From Macrostomum lignano (taxonomy: Eukaryota), in assembly GCA_002269645.1 (NCBI GenBank), contig NIVC01001575.1, forward strand, positions 162,691 to 226,690: 64,000 nt of DNA, given 5' to 3'. The notes under the pieces are model-generated. The model had not been told where the DNA came from. It saw nothing but the letters and a program-made list of their open reading frames with translations, and did not search any database. The first letter of the stretch is position 1. Each line of letters begins with the position of its first letter. The position numbers and the translations under genes were made by a program. Positions 1-13,520 of this stretch are shown here, one piece after another.

Positions 1-960
1 TGTTCATACACTGAGATGGTCACCTAAGGCTATCACCAACTCAATGCCTGCTGACAAGGCCAATTTAAGTGTGGATCTGATGTTGCGACTAGCATGCCTA
101 ATCTCCAATTCAGAATCCAACTCTGAGTCACTGCTCAAGTCCTCACTGTCACTAACATGCTAGCACCTATGGTCCAAAATACACCGAGAAACAGTGGTGG
201 TTGTGGCCAAATCAACATTGTTGTAGACACCCTGCTGTAGGTCAGTTAGGTTGGTAAACAGCAATGGCAGATGCTTCTGGATATTGTGATTTGCTGTAGT
301 AGTTGATGCAAATGAATCAAGCTCTCTATCCATGTTCATGAGCTTATATAATTGAGATAAGGCCATTTTTTGCTCTAGCTCCATAGACAGCCTTAAGATA
401 TCCTTGACCATGCTCTAGACAGGCAGCTATAGATCCTGGCAGCATAGCAGAATGATTTCATCACTTCACTGAAGATCAGCAACTCAGTAACAAAAACCAT
501 GGATTGTAGGTAGGCTACAACTCTGCAGTCTTTGCAAGACTGAGGTGTCTTATTTAGTGTTATCAGCCAAATTCAGAGCTCCGTTACAGTAGCCTGCACC
601 ATGGTGAAGCTTTATAAGACAAAACATGTTTTGCTGAAAGCTTTTGTCTTTCTAGTGCACCTGTCATGAATTTGTTTTGCAACTTTAAATGTTTGAATTG
701 CCAAAAGCCCCTGCCTTTAGTGTGTTGTCTGTAGGTTTCAAGGCAATCGGGAGACAGAATCAGTCCACCACCTTCTAGTTGATCTACTTGCACACATTTT
801 TGGTTTTTGAGCAGCCATGTGTAGCACAAAGTGCACCACAAAATTGCAGGTGCATGGATGCTGCTGGCGGTACCTTCTTCTTTACGTTGGCCTTTAATTA
901 CTGTCAGGAAGCTGCACTGCAATCGCTATGGTATTGTTATGGTTACCTTATGGTAATTAT
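1..960 (-). pseudogene. Decayed coding-like remnant, possibly an old transposon ORF
   Basis: One minus frame reads protein-like (FCLIKLHHGAGYCNG...PTIHGFCY...MVKDILRLSMELEQK...SDSEDLSSDSELDSE) but has several in-frame stops; ORF 584-922 is in another frame. No family recognised. Confidence 0.3.
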
Positions 961-3201
961 CTTAGATGACAAGCTGTTCAGTCATTTGTAGGTTAAAGGT
1001 TAAAGCATGCCATTAAAATTTGCAATAAACTAGATTAAATTTATTTTTATATTTTTCTTTAAAACCAATTTGTCCAATGTCTTAATAGACTTCATTTTTG
1101 CCTCTAAATTGGTGCTTTCTGTCATATTGCTATACTGCTATACTGCCTCTATATTCAGACTATATAAGGTCTTCTTCTTAAGCTAGTTGAACACAGATAG
1201 CATTAAGCTTTTCTGTTTTCTAATTGACATTAATGCTGATTTTAGCAGTAAGATTAGTAATAATCTTTGAATAGGTAGCTTCAAAAAAGTCAGTCTTATT
1301 AATTGAATAGATAGTAAAAGGCACATAGGTAAATCTTTTGTCACTTGAAGAGTAAAGAAGTAAATTAGAGCCTAACTTACTTTATTAAATGCTAGTATAT
1401 CACCTAGGCACTGAAAAGGAAATAAGGAAAAAGCAAGTCATTGTATAGTTTAACAATTTTTTTCAAAGTTGCAAAAAAGTAAGCTTGAGTAAAGTATTTA
1501 TTTGAATTGAGTAATAAAGAATTTATTTGACAAATCAAATCATATGAATCATATACTTATATATAATATATATATTATGTCATATACATATCATAGGAAA
1601 AATAAATCCTAGCACTGCTAACAGCCTAGAAAGTGCCCTTTATTATATTTAAAGCCTACTCATAGTCATAGACAATATCTTATATAAAATATATTCAGTA
1701 CCATCTAATGCATTATGCATACCAACCATAATAGCCATAATCCCATATACCAAAACTTTTTCCTAGAGATTGTCTTTTCCAAAAGCTAATTTTTTTTCCT
1801 TTTCTATTTTGCTAAAATTTATAAAACATTTAAGACTTTTAAGTTAAAGATCATCATTTAATCCTTAGTCAAAGTGATAATAAATCAATCAACAAATATA
1901 ATATAAAATTATAACTTGACAAAACTATTAGGCTAAGCCTAACAAGTAACTATAATATCATGTTTAGCTTTTGGGACCTATATGCTAGATATTTAGCTAA
2001 TTAGCTTTAGGTCTAGCTTAAACAAATGTATAAAAAATGTATGTATTAATACCATTAAAGATAATACATCAAGCTGATTACACTGACATTAGAATTATGT
2101 TAATATTAGGTACATTAAAATTCTATGACAACTATAATATAATATGGTAATAATGTGATTAATGAATATTTACTTAGCCTTTTTTCACTTTTAGTAAAGC
2201 CTTAAACAATTTTTATATCAAATATAAATAAAACTAAAAAGAAGTGACAAAAATTAATTGAAATTGAATAAGTCTGTTAAATAAACCCAAGAGAAATATT
2301 TGGAATTTCACCATATGGCCAGATGGCCTAAACATATTATTCCCATTTTAAATGTTTAAAATGCTTGTTTAACTTTTACCTAGTAGCTTATTAACACAAA
2401 ATTTTGATTAGTAATTCAAATTCCAATAATCTATATTTCCAATTTTGAGGGGCAAAGCTTAAATGCAATGACAGACTTAATTTATCATTTAATGTCCCAT
2501 TCTAATAGTTTTATTGACTGTTCTCTCCCACTTGCATGCCAACATGCCATTTTAAGTCCTCTAGTAACATGCTAGCAGCTTTCCCAATGGGCATTCAGCC
2601 TCTATTTTTGTAGCACACTGGCTGCTTGTCATTGTAATACTTGTTAATGTCTTAAGCACAATATAGTTATAGAAAATTGAATTCATTTATCAGAACTAAA
2701 ATTTTTCTATAACTGTCACTAATTTAATCTAAAAGAATTTGAAGCTACAGTTAATTAATATGCTTAACAAATACAGAAAAATATAATAAAAATATATAGA
2801 AAAAGATAGAAAAAACAAAGACTAAGTAGATCTTTTTATGTGAAATGGAAATTGTATTTCTGAAGGATTTTTATTTTATAGTGTATAATACAGCACCATT
2901 GTAAGAAAAAAATTCAATAATTCATCTAAAATAAAAAATCCTCAAAAGAAACTTCATCCAAGCCTTGAAGTTTATTTCAATTTCCTCATAGAGGGTTCCT
3001 TCAGTCTGGCAACATATCCACAAACTTGTGTGGCAATGTCGCTTTAGGAGAAAACAGGAAACAACATCGACAACTAAAAGAGAACAGAAAAAAAACTTGC
3101 GTTAAGTGATTGATAAGCAGCATTAAATAGTTGAATCCAAAGCGAGAAAAGATTGAAATTGCATGCAGAGCAGAGTAAACCCTGAGTGACTGTATGCCTC
3201 A

Positions 3202-6200
3202 ATGTGCCATACCCGATTCCAGGCCAAGCCAAAGTCAGCTGACCAATCAAACAAAGCCGGCAAATCATTAAAGGCCAAAGCCAAATTGGCCAAAGGTTCG
3301 TCTGGCAATGGCGTTTCTAAGAAACGCCGGCACTGGAAACAGCCGCCATCAGACAGAGGCGTTGACGAAGCTCTGGCTTTGTCTGTTGACGCCAAGTCAG
3401 TTGCTAAGCAACTGCGATCGACTGATAGGCCGCCATCCAGGGCCACCCTGCGACTGGCCACCGCCTGTCTGATGCAGTGCGTCAGGCATGTGAATAAAGA
3501 GCCGCGTGCTTTTAATAGCATTGTGCGTGTCTGCCTGCGGCACTGGGTTCGCGCCGCTGACTCTGTGCTTGGACGTACTGCTAATGATAATGATGCTGGC
3601 GATGAGCAAGAGCGAGATGATGAAGACGAAGACGCTGGATTGCGGGTATTTAATTTTCTGTTTATCACTTTTAAGCTTAAAGATAAAAAACACAAATATT
3701 TTTTTCGATGAGATACTACTCGCCACTATACTTTCACAAGAATCATTATTTTACCTAAAAATCTGCTTCATCAGAATCACTGATTGCCCTGAGAATCTGC
3801 TCCATTAGAATCACTGATCACACTGAGAATCTGCTCCATTAGAATCACTGATTGCCCTGAGAATCTGCTCCATTAGAATCACTGATCACACTGAGAATCT
3901 GCTCCATCAGAATCACTGATTGCCCTGAGAATCTGCTCCATCAGAATCACTGATTGCCCTGAGATCTGCTCCATCAGAATCACTGATTGCCCTGAGAATC
4001 TGCTCCATCAGAATCACTGATTGCCCTGAGATCTGCTCCATTAGAATCACTGATTGCCCTGAGAATCTGCTCCATTAGAATCACTGATTGCCCTGAGAAT
4101 CTGCTCCATTAGAATCACTGATTGCCCTGAGAATCTGCTCCATTAGAATCACTGATTGCCCTGAGAATCTGCTCCATTAGAATCACTGATTGCCCTGAGA
4201 ATCTGCTCCATTAGAATCACTGATTGCCCTGAGAATCTGCTCCATTAGAATCACTGATTGCCCTGAGAATCTGCTCCATTAGAATCACTGATCACACTAA
4301 GAATCTGCTCCATTAGAATCACTGATCACACTGAGAATCTGCTCCATTTGAATCACTGATCACACTAAGAATCTGCTCCATTAGAATCACTGATTGCCCT
4401 GAGAATCTGCTCCATTAGAATCACACAAACGATTCCTATCCCCTACAGACTCCTTCATCCTATCCGAGATGGGAGAAGATTCGCGTCACCTGCAAGCAGT
4501 ACCTGAACTGCGTATTGCTACTGCTAGACAAGCTCAGAGATCAGGAAGCTGTACGCGCCATCGCGCAGCACTGCCTACCATTGCTGCCCTACTTTCTGTG
4601 TCTGCCTCGCACTCTGAAGCCGCTATTAAAATCTTTGATTAGCCGCTGGAGTCAAGGCCCGGCTCCCATCACTGTGCTAGCCTTTCTAGCCTGTCATCGA
4701 GTTGTTAAATCGAGAAAGTCTCTGTGCGAACAGGCCTGCAAATGGATGCTAGCCGGCTATTTGCAGTCGGCCAGGCTAGGCGACTCAGCATTAGCCGTGC
4801 TGCAACAGCGAACCCTTTGCGAGATGCTGTTATTGCAGCCTAATTTAGCTTATAAACTGGCATTTGTGCACCTGCGCCAGTGCGCGGCCGCTCTGGGACG
4901 AGAGTCGCAACAGGGCGGCACCGGGGAGAAGAGCGGCAGAAAAACAAAGACTACTAGTAGTAGCAGCGGGTCTTTGTTGCACAAAGCGCCACTGTATGCC
5001 GGCCTGTGGCTATGGACCCGGCTGGTGGCTGCTAGCGATGAGCTCACCAGTTTGGTAAGAGTCACTTTAGTATCCACCCTAAATCACTGCAAGAATCGCC
5101 CTAAATTGCTCCAAGAATCGCCCCTAAATCACTGCAAGAATCGCCCTAAATTGCTCCAAGAATCGCCCCTAAATCACTGCAAGAATCGCCCTTAAATCAC
5201 TGCAAGAATCGCCCTTACTCGTAAATCACTGCAATAATCGCCCCTAAATCACTGTAAGAATCGCCCTAAATTGCTCCAAGAATCGCCCCTAAATTACTGC
5301 AAGAATCGCCCTTAAATCACTGCAAGAATCGCCCCTAAATCACTGCAAGAATCGCACCTAAATCACTGTAAGAATCGCCATAAATCACTAAGAATCGCCC
5401 CTGAATCACTGCAAGAATCGCCCCTAAATCACTGCAAGAATCGCCCCTAAATCACTGCAAGAATCGCCCCTGAATCACTGCAAGAATCGCCATAAATCAC
5501 TAAGAATCGCCCCTGAATCACTGCAAGAATCGCCATAAATCACTAAGAATCGCCCCTGAATCACTGCAAGAATCGCCCCTGAATCACTGCAAGAATCGCC
5601 ATAAATCACTGCAAGAATCGCCCCTAAATCACTGCAAGAATCGCACCTGAATCACTGCAATAATCGCCCCTAAATCACTGCAAGAATCGCCCCTGAATCA
5701 CTGCAAGAATCGCCATAAATCACTAAGAATCGCCCCTGAATCACTGCAAGAATCGCCCCTAAATCACTGCAAGAATCGCCCCTAAATCACTGCAAGAATC
5801 GCCCCTGAATCACTGCAAGAATCGCCATAAATCACTAAGAATCGCCCCTGAATCACTGCAAGAATCGCCCCTAAATCACTGCAAGAATCGCCCCTAAATC
5901 ACTGCAAGAATCGCACCTGAATCACTGCAAAAATCGCCCCTAAATATCTATAAACATCGCCCCTAAATATCTATAAACATCGCCCCTAAATATCTATAAA
6001 CATCGCCCCTAAATATCTATAAACATCGCCCCTAAATATCTATAAACATCGCCCCTAAATATCTATAAACATCGCCCCTAAATATCTATAAACATCGCCC
6101 CTAAATATCTATAAACATCGCCCCTAAATATCTATAAACATCGCCCCTAAATATCTATAAACATCGCCCCTAAATATCTATAAACATCGCCCCTAAATAT

Positions 6201-7924
6201 CTATAAACATCGCCCTTAAATATCTATAAACATCGCCCCTAAATATCTATAAACATCGCCCCTAAATATCTATAAACATCGCCCCTAAATATCTATAAAC
6301 ATCGCCCCTAAATATCTATAAACATCGCCCCTAAATATCTATAAACATCGCCCCTAAATATCTATAAACATCGCCCCTAAATATCTATAAACATCGCCCC
6401 TAAATATCTATAAACATCGCCCTTAAATATCTATAAACATCGCCCCTAAATATCTATAAACATCGCCCTTAAATATCTATAAACATCGCCCCTAAATATC
6501 TATAAACATCGCCCCTAAATATCTATAAACATCGCCCTTAAATATCTATAAACATCGCCCCTAAATATCTATAAACATCGCCCTTAAATATCTATAAACA
6601 TCGCCCTTAAATATCTATAAACATCGCCCCTAAATATCTATAAACATCGCCCTTAAATATCTATAAACATCGCCCTTAAATATCTATAAACATCGCCCCT
6701 AAATATCTATAAACATCGCCCTTAAATATCTATAAACATCGCCCCTAAATATCTATAAACATCGCCCTTAAATATCTATAAACATCGCCCTTAAATATCT
6801 ATAAACATCGCCCTAAATATCTATAAACATCGCCCCTAAATATCTATAAACATCGCCCCTAAATATCTATAAACATCGCCCCTAAACGAAGCAACAATCG
6901 GACGAACTCGCAGGTGTACCCGCTGACCCAAATACTGGAGTCTCTCTGTCGCACGCTGGCCGCTGCTCGCCACCTGCCGTTGCGGGTGCACTGCCTTCGA
7001 ATGCTGCTGCACTTGACCAGGCAGACCGGCGCCGCCACGGCGCTACTGCCTGGCGCTCTGGCGCTGCTCGATTTGGCAGATTTCAACAAAGGCGTCGCCA
7101 GTCGGGCCCTGAGCTTAGAAGGCATTACCAAGCTGAGCCAGTCGCAGCTGAAAAGCCCGTCTTTTCGAGCCGCCGTTTCGGACGTTGCCTACGAACTGCT
7201 GGCCGGCTGGGTTCGATCAGCCTGTCAGCTGACCGCCTTTCCTGAGCTCTGTCTGCCTTTAACTCGGCGATTGAAACGATTAGCAAAGGTTTGTACTGGC
7301 TTTGGGGATGCTCTGATTTGCTGTTTGCATCTGATTGATTTGTTATTCTCTGATTGGCTGTAAGAATATGCGTAAATATAAGCTATTCTCTCATTGGCTG
7401 AAAGACAAATAGCTATTCTCTTATTGGCTCGAAGGTCAATAACTGCTATTCTCTCATTGGCTGGAAGGCAGCTATTTGCTGATTGGCTGAGAGACAATGC
7501 CAAATATCCCACCCCCATATTCTTCTCTTAGGACTGCCGTTGCCGGGCAGTTGCTAAGCCGGCTGCCCAGCTCCTCCGTCTAACCATGGAAGCGGCCAGT
7601 TGGACCCGACAGCAGCGGGCCACAGTGCGCCCTATTGGCGGCGGCAACGACGTAGGCGGCATCCAAGAGGCCGACCGTCTGAACGGACGCAGCCCGTTCC
7701 AGGCCTACTACCTGCGCTATCGCTCCATGCGCCGCGAAGAATTAGCCAGAGCTAGGCCTGGCGACGACCAGGAGGTGAACGGCGAAGACGAGGATAAAGA
7801 AGAGAACGGCGAGAAGGAGCCCATGGAGGTCGCCGAGCTGCAGGATGAGGAAGAGGAACCGGAGCTGTCGGATCTGCCCTCAACTGATGAGGAAGATGAG
7901 ACCGGCGATTATGAAGAGGACTAA
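3202..7924 (+). CDS. NOC2L: Nucleolar complex protein 2 homolog
   Basis: Exons 3223-3645 (start either ATG 3202 or a mini-exon ATG 3163-3174), 4449-5054, 6914-7288, 7532-7924; all GT-AG, phase 0. Motifs AFNSIVRVCLRH, RWEKIRVTCKQYL, VYPLTQI..LPLRVHC, FPELCLP and an acidic C-tail match recalled NOC2L. 5' end uncertain. Confidence 0.9.
3739..4425 (+). repeat. 34-bp minisatellite, about 20 copies, NOC2L intron
   Basis: Unit agaatcactgattgccctgagaatctgctccatt; the first copy is degenerate. Confidence 0.95.
5077..5940 (+). repeat. About 23-bp minisatellite A, NOC2L intron
   Basis: Unit aaatcactgcaagaatcgcccct with 21-22 bp variants. Confidence 0.95.
5941..6890 (+). repeat. 23-bp minisatellite B, about 41 copies, NOC2L intron
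   Basis: Unit aaatatctataaacatcgcccct, highly homogeneous; ends about 25 nt before the acceptor. Confidence 0.95.
7340..7495 (+). repeat. Degenerate about 31-bp CCAAT-containing repeat, about 5 copies
   Basis: Recurrent gctattctctcattggctg in the last NOC2L intron. Confidence 0.7.
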
Positions 7925-7986
7925 TAGGATAATTAAGACTTAAGCTTTTTGTATTTGATTTGTCAACTGTGTTGCGTATATATGAG

Positions 7987-7992
7987 AATAAA
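7987..7992 (+). terminator. Putative poly(A) signal of NOC2L
   Basis: AATAAA about 63 nt after the stop codon. Confidence 0.5.
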
Positions 7993-8145
7993 ACAAGCAT
8001 TTGAACTGTTTGTTGTTGCATTGCTGCTGCTGCAGCCGGCATTTGAAAATTTGAAAGAACTCAAATTTGAGTTCTTTGGTTAAAGTCGAAATTCTACGAT
8101 TCTTTTTCAAGTCGCCTAGGTCCACCGCCCCACTCCCAGACCCTC

Positions 8146-8230
8146 GTTGCTGGGCCAGCCTCCCATATCCTCAGTTGCTGGGCCAGCCTCGCAGATCGTC
8201 AGCTGCTGGGCCAGCCTCCCAGATCCTCAG
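8146..8230 (+). repeat. 28-bp repeat, 3 copies, between the convergent NOC2L and TMEM39 3' ends
   Basis: Unit ttgctgggccagcctcccatatcctcag. Confidence 0.8.
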
Positions 8231-8586
8231 TATGGCCACTCAGCATGGCCACTGCCACAATCAATGGAATTTAACAAAGGCCAATTACAAGTCCTTATCA
8301 GATACAGATTAGAAGCAAGCAATAAACGACGCTTCAATGTACAAGAGTTAATCTTATATTAATTCTAGCAAAACACTTAATGATGCACTTATGAATTTAC
8401 TACATAAAGACATCAATTATAGATAGAAAGCTGCTTAAAATTTTAACGTATCCGCCACAGAAGAAACAATTAACGGAGAGATCAAGGAGTCAGTTGGGGC
8501 ATCTGAAAACACACACTGATAAGAGATGAATTGCACATCGAATTACAGGCCGTTACAGAAAACAAGCACGCTATCAGGTCAGTGAG

Positions 8587-11500
8587 TCAGTCGCCGTGGA
8601 TCTCATCCTCCAGATCGGCATAGCAGCGCTTAAAGACCAGGCGGTTCCTAGTGAGCTTGTACAGCGACACGAGGTTAAACAGCATCATGATGGCCGAGGA
8701 CAGCACCTTGTACCATTCGTGGCACTGCAGCAACACGGCAAACTGCAGCACCAGCAGCAGGGCGATGGCGCACTGCAGTCCGTCAGCCAGACGCATAGGG
8801 CTGTAGAAGAGGCTGTGGAATCTGGAGTGCATGGAGTTGCCCGGCTCGGCGCTGTTGGTGATGCCCTCCGCTTTGAACAGGCCTTTCACGTGTTTCACTA
8901 AGGCACCCTGCTGCCACACCTGAACAAATCGGAATTGCAAAATTCGAATGCAGCTACTGAGAGTCAGATTTTGCTACTAAAATTGCCTGCCGGTGATTTT
9001 TGGGGGCGCCTGCTACAATGGGTTGCGCCATCTACAGAGGGAGGCGCCAGCTACAGAGGGAGGCGCCAGCTACAGAGAGAGGCGCCAGCTACAGAGGGGG
9101 CGCCAGCTACAGAGGGAGGCGCCAGCTACAGAGAGAGGCGCCAGCTACAGAGGGGCGCCAGCTACAGAGAGAGGCGCCATCTACAGAGGGGCGCCAGCTA
9201 CAGAGGGAGGCGCCATCTACAGAGGGGCGCCAGCTACAGAGGGGGCGCCAGCTACAGAGGGGGGCGCCAGCTACAGAGGGGGCGCCAGCTACAGAGGGGC
9301 ACCAGCTACAGAGGGGGGCGCCAGCTACAGAGGGGGTCGCCAGCTACAGAGGGGCACCAGCTACAGAGGGGGGCGCCAGCTACAGAGGGGGTCGCCAGCT
9401 ACAGAGAGAGGCGCCATCTACAGAGGGGCGCCAGCTACAGAGGGGGTCGCCAGCTACAGAGGCAAAAGTTCAGCGCCCTATAAAAGGCGGATTAAATACC
9501 TTAGCGCAAAAACAATGCCTCTCACCTGCAGCTCAGACCAGGGAATATACGGCACCTGGGCGCTGCCTCTACCCTCAACTTTGACCCAGCAGCCCAGATG
9601 CAGGGCGCAGCGATGCAGGGTGTCAATCCGATGAGGCGGCAGATGATGCTGGGTGTAAAATAGGAAAGCAGAAGCCACAGTGACGGCTACGTGAACACCG
9701 CAGAACCAGGGCTCCAGGTAGATTGTGTTCTGCGAATAATCATTAAATTACATCTAAATCATCTAAAACATTGGAATTATTGCTTATTAAGCACTTAAAT
9801 TTATTGGCCATTTAAAATTTTCTACAATATAATGAGAATAAAAACGCGCTTAAGACACAATATAAAATACTACAGAGTTACAGTAATGTAATTAAGCAGA
9901 ATTTTATATTGCGGCAAAGCGATTCGTAATAAAAGCACTTCTGTAGAACTATTAATTAAATTATTTTATTCCAACGATTTAAAACTAATTTAGAATTTGT
10001 TTTATCATGCACTCAGATTTATAGCTGAGAAATTCTATCCTGACTGCTTTTCGTCTCATTTATATAAGTAGGACGTTAAAATCAATAATTTGAAAATATT
10101 ATAGTCTCAGATACTTGAGTAAATAGATGTCAGTCGCAATTACAGTTGTGAAAAAGCAGAGCGTCTATCTACTCTGTTAATAGCCCAATCTACGAGTAAG
10201 CTCAGTTATTGAGAGAGCAGTAAGGAGAGAGATCAGTCCGAATAGTTCAGCCAATGAGAGAGCAGTAAGGATTAGATGACTTAGTCAGACGAACAAACGA
10301 GGCTGGCTCAGCCAATGAGAGAGCAGTAAGGAGAGAGATCAGTCCGAATAGTTCAGCCAATAAGAGAGCAGTAAGGATTAGATGACTTAGTCAGACGAAC
10401 AAACGAGGCTGGCTCAGCCAATGAGAGAGCAGTAAGGAGAGAGATCAGTCCGAATAGTTCAGCCAATAAGAGAGCAGTAAGGATTAGATGACTTAGTCAG
10501 ACGAACAAACGAGGCTGGCTCAGCCAATAAGAGAGCAGTAAGGAGAGAGATCAGTCCGAATAGTTCAGCCAATAAGAGAGCAGTAAGGACTAGATGACTT
10601 AGTCAGACGAACAAACGGGGCTGGCTCAGCTAATAAGAGAGCGGTGAGGAGAGAGGTCAGTCAGACGGACGAAAATCCTTAGGGACCAGGCCCAAACTAG
10701 CTAAGCCAATGAGAGTTGTAAGGAGAGAGGTCAACGTTTGACGGACAAATCCCGGTATTTAATTTTTTGTTTCAAAGATCAATATTAAATTATTTTTAAT
10801 GTTATAAAGACAAAACGCAAATTTAGCTGGCAAAAAAAGTGATAAGCGCATTTTTTGCCAGTATTTATACATATCTAGCTGTTATACTAGTGATTATAAT
10901 TTATAGCTGAGCATTGGACGTTAAAATTTCTTAGAAAAATCTATTATTTTTTTAGAAATACAAACAAGTGGATTAGATAAGCCTGTGTAATGGTACATGG
11001 TAGGCAAGATATTAGAGTAATAAGCACACGCTAATCTTATAAGGTGCACACACTTGTTTTCTTAGAAACAAATTGTAAGCTCAGTTTAGCAGAAAAGATG
11101 ACAATCTTCTACGAACTAAGAAAGCACAGAGTGAAGTTATTAGAACGTCAAGGTTCAACCCACTTTAATTTAATCGCGCGGCTGACAATTTCTAATAGCT
11201 TGTTAAATTGAATCCTAATTGAATAACCAATCGGACTTACCCAGCAATCGGTTTCACAATAGGCACTTTGTATCTGGGAGCGAATTGAGCAGCGTATGTG
11301 GGGATTAAGCATTATTATTATCATAACATTTGATAATAACCTATGACGCCAGTTTTATGCTATCAGGTGACATTAGTAAAAATATTATACTACTAGCAGT
11401 AATATATCAATATGGGAGACTTGACGAACAACAATTTAACCATAAGCCGGAATACTGCAAAATGTATTGCGAATGGATGGTTAGTAGAGACAGGAGAAGC

Positions 11501-11661
11501 TGCAGCTTGTAATCGTAAACAAAAGGGAAACAATATTCAAATGCCAACTGTACTACTGTAGTAATATCATCGAACAATGATTGTACATTTATCAGGTGTT
11601 AGCTGCCATTTATTCGATAAAATCTGTCTGTCTGTTGTCTATCTCTATATCTATCTATCTG

Positions 11662-11707
<46 letters not shown>

Positions 11708-12558
11708 CATCTATCTATGTATCTATCTATCTATTTATCCATCTATCCATCTATCTATTTATCTATGTCTGTCTATTTATCTGTCTATCAACGTGGAATA
11801 TTTATTAAAACATAATATATAATATATGTACACTAAAAATGCCTAATAGTAATGAATTTAAAGCATCCGCAACCAAAACCAATGAATGCAACAAACTAAA
11901 TAAACAGCAGTAATGGATGAACTTACAGAATACCGGATTCTACTACCGTTGGCGGATAATTAAACGGTAAACCAAAGCCAGTGAAGCAACTCACCTGCAC
12001 AAACAGCAGCGGCACAAAGGCCGAATGAAACGAGCTGAACAGGGTAGAGAACAGTATAATCTTCAATCGGCCATTGAAATCCGATTTCAACGCTTCGGTT
12101 TCGTCGCGGATTTTCTCCGGATCGCGAGAACAGCTGTGCCTGGGGCTGAAGCTGCCCTGGCCATTGGCGGCGGATGCTGAGCTTGATGTGGCACCAGAAG
12201 CTGCGGTGGCGCCGGCAGCTGCTGCTGAGGACTTTTGATGCTGCGGAGTTGACCCACCGCCGCCGCTGAGCCAGTTACGGCTCAGCAAAGTGCCAGGCAC
12301 GTGGCCATAAAAGACCAGAGCGTAAGTGATGCAGCTGCAAGATAAACCGGGTGGCCAAGGTTTATTAGTTAAAATATACTCATTGAACCTCCCATAGCAC
12401 AGCTAGGTTTCTAGAAATATGCTTAGCAGCTTAGTCTGATTAGTGAAGTACTTGTATGTACATCTGTGCATTGCTTGATAACATTATATTAATACTACTA
12501 CTGTACTACTATTACCAATATTAATACTACCTACTACTACATCACAACAACAACTACC

Positions 12559-12589
<31 letters not shown>

Positions 12590-12604
12590 ATACTACTACA
12601 ACTA

Positions 12605-12654
<50 letters not shown>

Positions 12655-12689
12655 TACTACTACTACTATTTCTACTACTACCACTACTG

Positions 12690-12726
<37 letters not shown>

Positions 12727-12845
12727 TACTACTACTACTATTTCTACTACTACTACTACTGCTTCTACTACTACTACTACTGCTTCTACTACTACTACTA
12801 CTTCTACTACTACTACTACTGCTTCTACTACTACTACTACTGCTT

Positions 12846-12893
<48 letters not shown>

Positions 12894-12956
12894 TTTCTAC
12901 TACTACTACTACTACTTCTACTACTACTACTACTATTTCTACTACTACCACTACTG

Positions 12957-12990
<34 letters not shown>

Positions 12991-13112
12991 TACTACTACT
13001 ACTATTTCTACTACTACTACTACTGCTTCTACTACTACTACTACTGCTTCTACTACTACTACTACTGCTTCTACTACTACTACTACTGCTTCTACTACTA
13101 CTACTACTGCTT

Positions 13113-13157
<45 letters not shown>

Positions 13158-13268
13158 TTTCTACTACTACTACTACTGCTTCTACTACTACTACTACTTC
13201 TACTACTACTACTACTACTAATACAATTTCTACTACTACTACTACTATTTCTACTACTACCACTACTG

Positions 13269-13305
<37 letters not shown>

Positions 13306-13472
13306 TACTACTACTACTATTTCTACTACTACTACTACTGCTTCTACTACTACTACTACTGCTTCTACTACTACTACTACTACTTCTACTACTACTACTA
13401 CTATTTCTACTACTACTACTACTACTATTTCTACTACTACTACTACTGCTTCTACTACTACTACTACTGCTT

Positions 13473-13520
<48 letters not shown>

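Noticed and set aside
8935-9634. Repetitive ORFs (GASYR, QLQR, APATE)
   Set aside because: All three frames of one intronic minisatellite; no coding signal.
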